From: Malacoraja senta | Lineage: Eukaryota | DNA length: 64,000 nt | Direction of reading: 5' to 3' | NCBI GenBank assembly: GCA_038087875.1 | Contig: CM075982.1 | Span: 19,096,001 to 19,160,000, forward strand | Part shown: in pieces, positions 13,249 through 25,797 of the stretch | How the letters are laid out: each line of letters begins with the position of its first letter | How positions within the stretch are numbered: the stretch's first letter is position 1 | The notes under the pieces: model-generated | What the model was told of the DNA's origin: nothing | Database searches by the model: none | What the model saw: only the letters and a program-made list of their open reading frames with translations | Translations under genes and position numbers: made by a program

Positions 13249-13943
13249 AAATAGACAATAGACAATAGGTGCAGGAGTAGGCCATTTGGCCCTTCGAGCC
13301 AGCACCGCCATTCAATGTGATCATGGCTGATCATCCCCAATCAGTACCCCGTTCCTGCCTTCTCCCCATATCTCCTGACTCCGCTATTTTTAAGAGCCCT
13401 ATCTAGCTCTCTCTTGAAAGCATCCAGAGAACCTGCCTCCACCGCCCTCTGAGGCAGAGAATTCGACAGACTCACTACTCTCTGTGAGAAAAAGTGTTTC
13501 CTCATCTCCGTTCTAAATGGCTTACTCCTTATTCTTAAACTGTGTCCCCTGGTTCTGGACTCCCCCAACATCGGGAACATGTTTCCTGCCTCTAGTGTGT
13601 CCAAGCCCTTAACAATCTTATATGTTTCAATGAGATCCCCTCTCATCCTTCTAAACTCCAGAGCGTACAAGCCCAGCTGCTCCATTCTCCCAGCATATGA
13701 CAGTCCCGCCATCCCGGGAATTAACCTTGTAAACCTACGCTGCACTCCCTCAATAGCAAAAATGTCCTTTCTCAAATTAGGGGACCAAAACTGCACACTA
13801 TACTCCAGGTGTGGTCTCACTAGGGCTCTGTACAACTGCAGAAGGACTCTTTGCTCCTATATTCGATTCCTCTTGTTATAAAGGCCAACATGCCATTCGC
13901 TTTCTTCACTGCCTGCTGCACCTGCATGCTTACTTTCATAGAC
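13249..13943 (-). mobile_element. CR1/HER1 LINE 3' fragment, same young subfamily as 11131
   Basis: LVRPHLEYSVQFWSPNLRKD…GEKAGTGY; same 3' UTR and tail. Confidence 0.95.
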
Positions 13944-15001
13944 TGGATATTTATTGGATATTTGGATAAATTGGATATTTAGACTACAAACGATGAACAA
14001 CTGAGCTTTGTCCACCAAGGCCTGCTTGAGCTCTCGGTTGCTCACCATATGAACTCCCCTTCCCATTCTCGCACTGCCAGAGTGAGGCCACACGCAAACT
14101 ATAAAAACGGCACATCTTAGGTAGCTGATAACCCAATGGTATGAACATTGAATTCTCCAATTTCAAGTAATAACGCCCCACACCCCCACAGTGTGCACAC
14201 ATTTCACTCACCATTCTCACTACCCTGGTCCTTTCCCTCCCTCATATCCTATCCCCAGCAACTGTGAGCTCATTACCCTTTTATCCCCCTCTTTCCCCTC
14301 CTGCCGACCCTTCTATCCATATTTCTTCCCTACAGCTTTACATTTCACTCCTCTTTTTTCCTTATCCCTTCAGTGTTCATCTTGTCTACACTTAGTCTCA
14401 CCGATATAGACCAGGCCACATTGGAAGCACTGAGCGCAATAGAAAAGGGTGTAAGAGATGCACATGAACCCCTGTCACCTTTTCACCTCCAACCTTTGTC
14501 ACTATCTCCACCCATCTGCCAATCATCCTTCCTCCCTTGTACCTTGCTATTGCTTGCCAGACTTTGCCCCACCCCTACCGTTCCTTTCCAGCTGTCTCCC
14601 CACCCCCCCCCCCCCCACCTTCCCAATCAGTCTGAATAAAGGCCGCGACCCAAAACGTTGTCTATTCATTCCCGCCAGAGATGTTGCCTGATCCGCTGAA
14701 TTCCACCAGCACCTTTAATTTCTGCACAGTATTTGTCCCATTTGTTTGGTCCATAACATGGAGAATAACCTGAATATTTTAAAATCTAGTAATCCCACTG
14801 GCGAGATGGCATATTTTGGTATCAATCATCAATGCTGCTCCTGTTAAAGCTGAGCACTGATTGTTCACATTTTGTGAATGTGACCCAACTATTGACACTG
14901 TTAATATGGCAACATTATTATGTTAATAATGTAATATAGTTTCATTACAAACATAAGGAATCTTAGAATGTATTAACATGCAGGAGGGAACAAATTCTCA
15001 C

Positions 15002-15095
15002 CTCCTTTCTCTTCTGGTCTCCTGAAGCCAAATCCACTCTTCTCCTGTTTTCTGCCTTCCGCTATATCAACCCGAAGAGATCGATCGCCAAGAAG
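15002..15095 (-). CDS. EIF4H: EIF4H coding exon 4 ([31 protein letters not shown])
   Basis: Matches the eIF4H RRM end [17 protein letters not shown]; cag acceptor, G|GTGAG donor; 94 nt. Confidence 0.97.
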
Positions 15096-16584
15096 CTGTG
15101 GGAACAGAGTCCATAGGTTTTATCTGTGGCATCTATTGTTTCCTTTTCAACAATTTATTTAGTTTAATAGCAGTCCACAGTACTAGACATGCCTTAAAGC
15201 GTACGTGATCTCACCTACATGTTCTTCCTGACATGTTATACTCATTTGTCCAATAGCTCAAACCTTTATCCATCATGATCGATAGTAACATTTTGTGACA
15301 ATATAATTTCTTTTAGATGTGCTGCTTAGTCCAGCAAACCAACATCTTTAAAAAATGCTTGTTTTTTTCAGTGGAATTCTATTTATCTACCTCATGCCCT
15401 GGGGGTGTGAATCTAGATGCACTGATGGAATAAAAGCTTCTGCTGTTTTCTTGCTATCACAATTCTCCATCAAATTCATTAGGAATGCAATTCTTAGAGG
15501 ATGATAACATATGGTCTGTTGATAATAGCGTACAAAATGATTCACAAAAACACCTTGAATGAGATGTTAGAAAAATAGATGACTACCTGGAAAACACCCC
15601 TCTTTACCTAGACCAGCTCACGGGGGGTTCTTAAATGAATAGGTGGTTTCTTATGCAAAGAATGATGGTCATTTCACATATTGTCAATATAGAATAACTG
15701 TAATAGATGATATCCCGGAAGAGTTAAGCAATCATTCAAAATTCTCTGCATTCTGAAAAGGGCCCAGTGGATGAGAAAACTGCAAGTGATGCACCACAGC
15801 GAACAATAGGCTAACATCTGTCACCTGGAGAGATGGCTGGAGTATATTATGAAGGAAGTCATAAGAAGACATTTAGAAAAACGCAACATGAGACAGAATC
15901 AACATAGTTTATGAAAAAGGAAATTGCATTTGACAACTTTGTTTTATGCTCTTTGACGATGCACTTAGCAGGTTGAATAACAGAACTCAATGGATGAAAT
16001 GTGCCGAAAGGCATTTGATATTGGTATTCATTTATTATTGTTGCATGTGCCAAGATTCAGTGGAAAGCTTTGTTTGCATGCTATCCAGTCAAATCATGCC
16101 ATACATCAGTACAATTTAGCCAATAACAGGTAGTGCAAAAGTGCAAGCTCCACAGTAAAGTCACTTTTGAAGATTGGGACTACACCCTTAGGTTATGAAA
16201 GAGCTTTTTAGTAATCTGATAACAGTGGGGAAGCAGCTGCCCCTGAATCATTATCCTTGACCATACTCAATAAATTGTCAATCTCCTCATTTGTGATTTA
16301 TTGCCTATTCAAGCACATAATTAGGTTACTTAAAAATATCTCTTCGACAATAATGTTATGCAGCATGTAGTACATTATGACCATTTTTTGTGAACATGCA
16401 CATAAGTGTGACATATTTGAGCACTCCGCATGTGTGCATTAATGTTAGTGCTACTAAGACATTTACAAAACTTTTGCTGGGAGATTTTGCATTGCAATGT
16501 CATGAGAGTTATTTGAGCAGGCGAACCATATCTTTAAGTAATCTTCATGCTAGAATATGTTCAAAGCCTAATTTCCTCATTATA

Positions 16585-17010
16585 TAACCTATCTTTAACC
16601 TCTCCTTACTCCATTCTGAGGTTCTCACCTGCTTTAAGAAGACCGCTATTATCCAAAGAAAAGCAAGGTAGTGTGCCTGAATGACTATCGGCCAGTGGCT
16701 CTGACATCCACATTCATGATGTGCTTCGAGAGACTCATCATGGTGCACATTAATTCCAGCCTCCCAGAAAGCCTTGATCCACTGCAGTTTCTCTACTGTC
16801 ACAACTGGTCCATGGCAGATGTCATCTCCCTGCCGCAACATTCATCACTGGAACATCTGGATAACAAGGACATCTATGTCAGATTCCCAATTATTGACTA
16901 CAACTCCACATTCACCACCATAATCCCATCAAAACTCATCTCCAAATTCCTGGAACTAGGAGTCAGCAACCCTTCTGCAAACTGGATCCGTGACTTTCTG
17001 ACATGCTGCT
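16585..17010 (+). mobile_element. Rex1/Babar-clade LINE RT fragment
   Basis: [12 protein letters not shown]…CFERL…LDPLQF…[12 protein letters not shown] is typical of Rex1 RT. Confidence 0.85.
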
Positions 17011-19206
17011 GGTGATACTTGCTTCTTCCCCACTGTTATCAGATGACTGAATGCTCCTCTCATAAACAAAGACTGCAGTCTGATCTCCCAATCTACCTCA
17101 TTGCAGCCCATGCTCTTTTTTGTTAATCTGCACTTTCCCTGTAGTTGTAATGCTATAATGCTGTAACACTATATTCTAGTACTTTTCTCAAACCTGCTGC
17201 ACCTATGTAATTGCTTGATTGTACTCAGGTACTGTATATTATAGTTTGACTGCATAGCATGCATTTTCACTGTATCTCAGTACATGTGACAATAATAAAT
17301 TAATACCAATAAATAGAAAGTAATTTCACTACATTCAGAATGTTGTACTTTATTTAACTCAAGGTTTCAGTTGGTGGATGCCTTGGCATACTGCAAACAA
17401 TGAAAAATCAAACTTTACTTTCTGTTAAAAAAAGACATTGAACATTTACTTCTTTATGTCAGTGACAGTTTTAATCAATTCAACAATTCAACAATTTTTC
17501 GGTGATGCATATTTCCATGAGGGTTTCTTCTCCATGAGGTTCAGGATTCTGTTAATAATGATGGCCACTGTGCCAGGATCAAAGTACGTCTATTTCACAT
17601 CAACGTAATATTTCTTGGTGCCCATGCTATTATATGGGCTGTGGCAGCTGGGCAGCACTTTACAAAGCTCCAGCTTTTCCCACGTCAGATTTCTTTCTCT
17701 CTGCTGCTTTACTTGCAGTTAATATCACTTGTACTATATGAGCAGGATCGCAAGCATATACCAACATGTACTTTTACATGTAATTAGTCATGACTAGAGG
17801 AAACAAAAAGCATTTTGCTGGGTCTTTCCATGAATGTGGCTTTAAGCCTGTTTAGACTCAGGTGGAATTCAAGGAAAATAAGCAAAAAAGTTGGAATTCT
17901 TTGTTAATGCTACAAGTAGACATCAATGCATATTTACAACCAGGAAAATCTTTCATTCATGTAACTCCTCCATGAGTATTCTGCTGATTGCAAACCAATT
18001 TCCGTTGAAGTAGAAAACGAAGGATTAATGCATTATTAACCTACAGTACCTTCTGATGCATTTGGTCCGGCAACATGCAATCATTATTCAACTTATATTG
18101 TGGGGAGAGGCTGTGAAGAACCTCACTCGTGAGGGATATTTTATTTAGTTTTAAGATTTGATAGGATTGGTGCAGTGACAAAGTGAAAAAATATCAGGAC
18201 ATATCCTTAACTATCAATGGGGAGTCTCTGTTTTTTGGTAGTTAAGGCAGAACAGAAAAATTAGTTTTGCAGCATGTCGCTCAATGAAGTGGCCATGTTG
18301 GTCAGCCCTATCTGAATGAGGTGGCAAAGTAGAGTAAGACTGCTCAGAAAGCTGAAATGTTCTTGTCTGACATTTTCTGCATATCAGATCTTTCCAAAAA
18401 ACAAAATAAGCAGTGTTAAAAGTTCTGCCTGATGGTGAGGAAATTGTTAAGTGGAAATACTTTGATCTGAGGCATCACTTTTATACTGGCTCTCACCACC
18501 ATTCCTCCCATACTTCGGCACTTTCATGCAAGCAAAGAGCTGCTGGGCAATTTGCTGCAGAGCAGTGAAGCTGAACTCCCAAGCTTTTTTGATTATTACA
18601 TCAAGTGTTATTTATTTTAAACAGGTCCTTGAAGGCCTGCATTTGCTCCTGTGATTATTATTTTTGACACCAGTGGTATTTTTTCAACCTCAAATGTTTA
18701 TAACATCATGCCATTTGTGCTCAAGTATTCATCCTGCAGAACTCCTAATATCTCAGTAACTGAAAATCAAAATCCATTCCAACCCCACTCTGATCTCTCT
18801 GTAGAATGCATAGGGCAATCGCGATGTCTGCCTGGACATATTACCTTTCTGTTGCTGATCCAAAATTATTTTGTTTCTCCTGATACAGTCCTTAAGCTAC
18901 ATTCCTGTCCAGCTGAGCATTGCTTGCTAACCTGGAATTTCTGCAATATCTCTTGTTACTATCATCACACAAAGGGTGGTGGGTGTATGGAATGAGCTGC
19001 CAGAGGAGGTAGTTGAGGCGGGTACTATTGCAACATTTAAGAAACATTTGGACAGGTACCTGGATAGGACAAGTTTGGAGGGATAAGGACCAGGCAGGTG
19101 GGACTAGTGTAGCTGGGACATGTTGGGCCGAAGGGCCTGTGGGCAAGTTGGGCCGAAGGGCCTGTTTCCACACTGTATCACTCTATCTCTATGACTCTAT
19201 CTGTTT

Positions 19207-22200
19207 TCTCACTGTGGTGATAGGCAACTTGATATATAGGACAGGAGATTTTGTGGCTGCAAATGGGACTCACGGATGGTGTGTTGCTCCATCTGCTGGG
19301 GTAAAGGATGTCTCTAAATGGGTGTAGAACTTTCTCAAGGGGGAAGGATGAGCAGCCTCAAGTCATTGTGCACATTGGCCCAAATGGCATAGGTAGAAAG
19401 AGAGATGATGAAGTGCAGAGCGAATATAGGAGTTAGCAAAAGGTGAAAAAAACAGGACTTTGAGGGTAATAATTTCTGGATAATTCCCAATGCCCTTGTG
19501 CTTATGAGAGGAGGAATAGGAGGCAGGGGCAGGGGCAGGGGCAAGAGTTGGTGCAGGGGCAAGAATTCTGATATTCGGACTATTGAGATCTTATCTAGGG
19601 CAGAAGTAACCTGTACAAGAGGGACAGTTTGCACCTGAACAGAGAGCGAGCAATATCCTGGCAGGTAGCTTTGTTGGTGCTACTAGGAGGTTTAAACTAT
19701 ATTGGCAGGGGTTGGGATCCAAAGCAGTAGTGAGGCAGTTTAGAGGTTGGAAATTAATACAGACATCAAGACATGCAGGGAGTGAGAAAAGGCAGTTGAG
19801 TTAAATTGTATTAATTTCAATGCAAGAGACTTGACAAGTAAGACAGATGAACTCAGGGTTTAGGTGCGTGGGACTAAGATATCATTGTCATTACAGAAAT
19901 CTGGCTCAGCAAGGGACTGGACAGGCATCTTAATAATCCAGAGTACTGGTATTAATTTGATTAAGGAGAACATCATGGCAGTAGTGTGAGATAAAATGAC
20001 CCAGGGATCATCTAATCAGACTTTATGAGTGAAGCTATGAAATGAGGATGATCATTATGCTGGTATTGTACTATGGGTCCCTAAATAGCCAATGGGACTT
20101 AGAAGAATAAATATGCTGGGATATTATGTAGAGTTTCAAGAATAATAGGGATATCAAAGTAGGTGATTTTAACCCTCCAAATAGACACTGGCACTGTGTT
20201 TTGTTCACGGTTTATGCAAGTTGTAATTTGTTGAGTAAGTTTGGGAAAGTATCCCCAGGCAATATCGAGAGGGTTCTACTTGGGAGAGGACAAAGCTTAA
20301 CCTATTCTTGGGAAATAGGAAAGTGCAGGTGTCAATAGGGTAACACTTTGGACCAGTGGCGATAGTTCTATTAGTTTTATGATAGTATGGAAAAGGGAAA
20401 TAAAACTGGTCCGCAAGTTAAATTTCTAAATTGTGCAGAGGCAATTTATGACGGTATGACAAGTGCTTACAAAAGTAGGTTGTTTGTGGGCAAAGAGATG
20501 GCTGGCAAGTGGGAGGATTTTAAAAGTGTGATAGCAAGAATTCAATGTCTACATGTTTCTGTTAGAGTGAAGGGCAAGGTTGGCAGGAGCAGGAAAACGC
20601 TAGATGACAAGAGATATTGACACTCTGGTCAGATAAAAGGAGGAATATATCAGATTCAAGTAGCTGGGATCAAATGAATACCTGGAGGAATTTAGGCAAT
20701 GCAGGAATATAGTTAAGAAGCAAATTAGGAAAGCAAAAATGGGGCAAAGAAAATGAAGGCAAATTCAAAGAGATTTTATAAGCATATTGAGGGAAAAAGT
20801 GTAACTAGGGAAGAATAGGCCCACCAAACACCAAAATGGACATCTATAGGTGGAATCGCAGGAGATGGGCGAGGTGCTCAATGAATATTTCTCCTCTGTC
20901 TTTACTGTGGAGAAAGATCGCAAGACTGGGAAACAGGAATGTTAATGGTTATATCTTGGGGAGAGTCTATATTACAGTAAAGGAGATGATGGATGTCTTT
21001 AAAAATATGAAGGTAGATAAATCTCATGGGCCTGATTTGGTATATCCAAGAACACTGGGAAACTAGAGAAAAAATTGTAGGAACTCTGGCTGAATAAATG
21101 TATCATCGTTAGCCGCAGGTGAAGTGCTGATAGACTGGAGAATGACTAATGTTGTGCCTTTATTTAAGAAGTAAAGAGCCTGCCCCACTTAGGCGATTTT
21201 TTTAGGCAAGTGTCATAGGTCGCCTAGAACAGCGACTGGACCGCCCCTATGACAATGTCTACGACAAGCTACAACAACCTACCACCTAGTCGACGTCAAG
21301 CTACGGCAAGCTACCGACAACATTAGGACATCCACCTACGATCACACAGGCGACAACCTACGACAACCGAAGTCAAGCTATGACAAGCAACGACCCTGTC
21401 GGTGACAACTGAAGACAATTCAGTCGCCGGTACCTGTAGCCGGTTGACGTAGGTTGACGTAGGTAGTCGCCAATGGAATTCACCAAAGTCAGTACCGGCG
21501 ACAACCTACGTCACCTGACGACAACCTACGACAGCACCTACATCAGGAGAAGTCAAGCTACGCTTATTGCCGTCAACCCACTGTCGCCGACATTTTTTGA
21601 ACATGTTGAAAATCCAGCAGCGTCCAGAAAGACGCTACGACTCTTTGGGCGACTGAGGAGACTACTCACGACCATACAGGCGACACCCCGGCGACCATGT
21701 GCCTGTAGTCGCCTAAAAAATAGCCTAAGTGGGACAGGCCCTTAAGATAGTCCACTAAGCCTAACATCTATGGTATCTCAGTTACTGAAGAAAGTTCTGA
21801 GGTAATGATATACGTGCATTTGGAAAGATGTGGGTGGTCTCGGGATAGGCAGCATGGCTTTTTGCACGAGAGATGGTGTCTCATGCAATTAATTGACTTT
21901 TTTGGAGAAGAACCGGTGAGAGCAGAGCAGTAGTCGTGGACTAAATATACCTCAGGTGGGGCCTTTGATAAGGTTTTGCATGGTAGGCTGCTCTGGAAGG
22001 TTAGATCCAGGGAGAGCTAGCCAAATGGGTACATAATTGGCTTGATGATACGAATCAGCGGGTGATTGTGGAAGATTGATTTCTCGAGTGGAGGCCTGTG
22101 ACTAGTGGTGTGCCTCAGAGGTCGGTGCTGGGTCCATTGTTGTTTGACATCTATATTACTGATTTGGATTAGGATGTGCAAGACATGGTTAATAAGTTTG

Positions 22201-22830
22201 CAGATTACACTAAAATAGGTGGTTTCTTTGGCAGTGAAGATGGCCATCATCAAGAATTACAGCAGGATCTTGATAAACAAGGTAAATGGGCCAAGGAATG
22301 GCAAATGGAGTTTAATTCCTTTAAATACATGCTGTTGCATTTTGGGAAGTCAAACCAGAGTAAGATCTTCACAATGAACATTAGGGCCCTGGGGAGGTTT
22401 GTTGAACAGAGAGTCAGAGAAGTACAAGTACATAGATCCTTGAAAATGGTGTCACTTATAGACAGGGTTATTAAGAAGGCTGTTAGCATGCTAGCCTTCA
22501 TTAGTAAGGGCAGTATTGAAGTTGGGATTTAATATTGCAGTTGTACAATCACTTTCCCAAGGTTTGGGGAGGTCATTGGTGAGAGGGAAAAATGTTATAA
22601 GAACTGGAGAGGCAACTTTCCCACACAGAACGTGATATATGTGTATGGAAGAACTTGCCAGAGAAAATGGTTGAAGCAGGCAATATTTTAAACGACATTT
22701 GGACAGCTACATGGATATAAAAGGTTTAGTGGGATAGGTGTCAAATCGGGCAAATAGGACTTGCTGAGGGACATCTTGAATGGTATGGATGAGTTGGTCC
22801 TGTTTCCATGCTGTATGAGTTTATGACTAT
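19207..22830 (+). mobile_element. Old, near full-length degenerate CR1 LINE (ORF1 esterase remnant, endonuclease and RT remnants, 3' tail), interrupted by the Harbinger MITE
   Basis: Decayed VCC-PG and VHIG motifs (~19275-19390), KVDKSHGPD, gtgcctcagaggtcggtgctgggtcc (VPQ.SVLGP), KFADYTKIGG; tail tgtttccatgctgtatga; many stops and frameshifts. Confidence 0.88.
21175..21742. mobile_element. Non-autonomous PIF/Harbinger-type MITE inserted in a CR1 RT region
   Basis: ~32-bp TIRs AG(A/G)GCCTG(C/T)CCCACTTAGGC.ATTTTTTAGGC; 3-bp TAA TSD (21172-21174, 21743-21745); internal CGACAA(C/G)CTAC repeats. Confidence 0.88.
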
Positions 22831-23319
22831 CAGGCTTTCTGTCAAGATTGCCATATTGACTCTGCAGAATTCCTGTCACATCAGAAAATGAAAATGAAAA
22901 TCCACGTCTCTCCTGTCTTCCCCGCAACTTACAACTTGTTTTCTCTCCTTTCCGGTTCTGACGAAGGATCTTCAACCTGAAACATTAGTTCAACTCTGTT
23001 CCTCTCTCCACAGATGCTGCCTGACCTGCTGAATGTTTCCAGCACTGTTTTATTCTTAATACATTATTCGTGCTTGAAATGATCACAGAAGCCATATTCC
23101 TTTAGAGCCTCGCATGTTTATGTAGCAGGTTAAAACCAAAAGGCTTTTCCAGTTGGTCAGAAATGATTTGGTTATTCCAGTTCTTGGAATTGAATGCCAC
23201 GTTTTCTTCTGTACAACTGCTGCAAGGCAATTTTATGAGAATACTATCCTTACCAAAACTGACAATTGTTGAGTTGTAGATTTTCAGGGTTTCACTGAAA
23301 AAATGTTGCAGAACTTCGT

Positions 23320-23598
23320 GCGGCAGAGTAGCGCTGCGGTAGAGTTGGTGCCTTACTGCACCAGAGGTTCAGGTTCGATCCTGACTATGAATGCTGTCTG
23401 TATGAAGTTAGTATGTTCTCCCTGTGGCCGCATGGGTTTTCTCCGGGTGCTCCGATTTCCTCCCATATTCCAAAGACATGCAGGTTAATTGGCTTCTGTA
23501 AATAGTCCCTTGTGTGTAAGATAGAATTAGTGATCGTTGGTTGGCACAGACTCGGTGGGCTGCAGAGCCTGTTCTATGCAGTATCTCTAAACTAAATT
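23320..23598 (+). mobile_element. tRNA-derived SINE (HE1/V-SINE type)
   Basis: A-box-like agcgctgcggtagag, intact B box GGTTCGATCC, tail tatctctaaactaaa. Confidence 0.9.
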
Positions 23599-25504
23599 TA
23601 GCTTGATGTCCACACATTTTGAATGTCGCGGACCCAGATGTATAGAGTACCCAGCTCCAGAACAAACCTAACACAAAGGCTAAAGCAGAGCAGTTCCATG
23701 TTGACATTCCAGTTTGATCAAGGTGTGTTTTCACACTCTGTTCATCTGACCCTCAAAATCAAGAAGATAACAATGGTCAAGAGGGAAATAATCATCATGA
23801 TATGGGCAATTGGGAGGACTATGGTATCTCTTTAAAGTTGTGTTTGTGCGTGCATTTGTGCATACACATGCATCTGTATAAAATGTTCAAGCGCGATCAA
23901 TGCAAGAAATCCATTCAGCAAGGAGTTATTATCAAATTGGTCCACAAGACCGGTGTAGGCCCTGCTGGATAGAGGAAGCCCTGTGGGAAATGAATGAATT
24001 AGAACTGTTAGGATAAGAATGCTTGTGATGGTCATGGCCAGTTTCAACTCTACTGACTTTATCCAGATGAATGCAATGTGCTTGGATGAGGCAATATTCT
24101 GTAATCACGTAGCTGTAAGCCCCCCCCTCGGTCTCCAAAGGGCTGCACATTCCATCATGCTGCCTCCTCTGCAGATAAAAGCTCTGATGGCTGATCCCTG
24201 GTTTCCCGTGCCCTCTTCTGAAAGGAAGAAAAAAAAAGACCTGCTTTGATGAATGCAAACAAATGTTGAATGGGATGGAAAGCAAGCATTTGTTCAAAGT
24301 GTCCATAAAAGAGAGCATGCAACTTTATATAGAGATTAGGCAGTATGCGGACAAATGGAAAAGGGAGCTAGTGCAGAGATCAAAAGGGATAGGTTCGTGA
24401 AAGGTGCATTGGTTGGATGGAGTTGGCTATTGAAGACAAATCAGGAGATATTGGGCATATATTGAGGTCACATTAAGCACATCAAGGAATGTGGGAGTGC
24501 AGTCCTGTTGTACTCTTTCTTGCAACCTCACTGGTGTACCCAGCAAGTTTTTTCCTCCCACTTCTAGGGAAGGCTATGTCCATATACTCCTTGTAGATCT
24601 CAGAGTAACATCAAGCAAGGAGCCATTAAATTGTGGGGTAATCTCTATGTACATACCAATGATTTCAACTCCTTTGGGTCCAGCAATGTTAGTCATAAAT
24701 TATCATGTTTGCAATGTGCTCTTGAAATGGAATAGAAATTGAATCATGTTCATTTTCTTTGAACCAATTCAGCTTGATTGTTCTGGAAATACATTAATAC
24801 CGTGACTGTGTTAAACAGCTGTGAGAAATATATGATACAAAATTCTTAGGCCTCCTGAGCACTGGAGGCCACCTACTGGAAGCTATTCCACATTCTTAGT
24901 ATGTGAAAACTGAAATTAAAACAGACTTGAACAAAGGCGCATCAGACTTTGGCGCATTTGACCATCAGACTTCCAAAAAGTATGACTTATCTCTGCATTG
25001 ACGCATTTTTGATTTGCTGATGAGGTTGAGAGTGCAGTTTTTTTTAATCTGCAGAGTTAAATGAAAGATATTAGTTGATTTTTGCAATATGCAAGGTGTT
25101 AATGGTTACTGAGGTAGCACAGATAATGTTCAGGGATTCCCAATATGCATATATGGAACCAAAGATTCCGATCTGTAACAGTCATCTCAGTCCAACACTG
25201 AGCTTTTATTAACATAACTAATATAAAATTAAGATCATGTGTCTGTTGGTAGAATTCCAATTATGAAGTTTGAAGTGAGTGATAAGATGTTGTGTTTCAT
25301 AACATTACTAGCTTAGCCCCAATCAAATGTTCTTTCTGCTTCCACAAGAGCAGTAGATCCCCTTGCAATTGTCACCTTCTTGTATGTACTGAACAGAACA
25401 TCTTTATCTCATCCGAAAGTACCTTTAGAAAGCCTCTTTCTTAACATCTCTCAGTGCCAAGCAATTAATACTAAATTACACTCACATTTTTCCATTAGAC
25501 ATTG

Positions 25505-25797
25505 GATTTTAGAGATACAGCATGCAAACGGGAACTTCAGCCCACTGTCCATGTCGACTAGCGATCCCCCTGTACACTAGCACGATCCTACACACTAGGG
25601 ACAATTTACAAAGGCCAATTAACCTACAAACCTGTACGTCTTTGGAGTGTGGGAGGAAACCGGAGCAACCGTGGAAAACCCACGCGGTCACAGGGAGAAC
25701 GTACAAACTCCGTACAGAAAGCACCTGTAGTTAGGACTAACCATGGGTCTCTGCCACTGTAAGACAGCAACTCTACCGCTGCACCACTGTGCCACCC
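25505..25797 (-). mobile_element. tRNA-derived SINE (HE1/V-SINE type)
   Basis: Same head, core and tail as the 23320 and 42162 copies. Confidence 0.9.

Noticed and set aside
11344-13881. Plus-strand 100-150 aa ORFs (also 51569-52273)
   Set aside because: Antisense shadows of CR1 RT sequence
21240-21720. Short recurring motifs that superficially resemble a CRISPR array, plus the 90-aa ORF 21473-21745
   Set aside because: Irregular ~11-bp units without unique spacers, inside a TIR/TSD-bounded MITE in a vertebrate intron; no cas genes; the ORF is incidental
23320-23400. tRNA gene
   Set aside because: The A/B boxes belong to a SINE head; no cloverleaf, and the sequence continues into SINE core and tail
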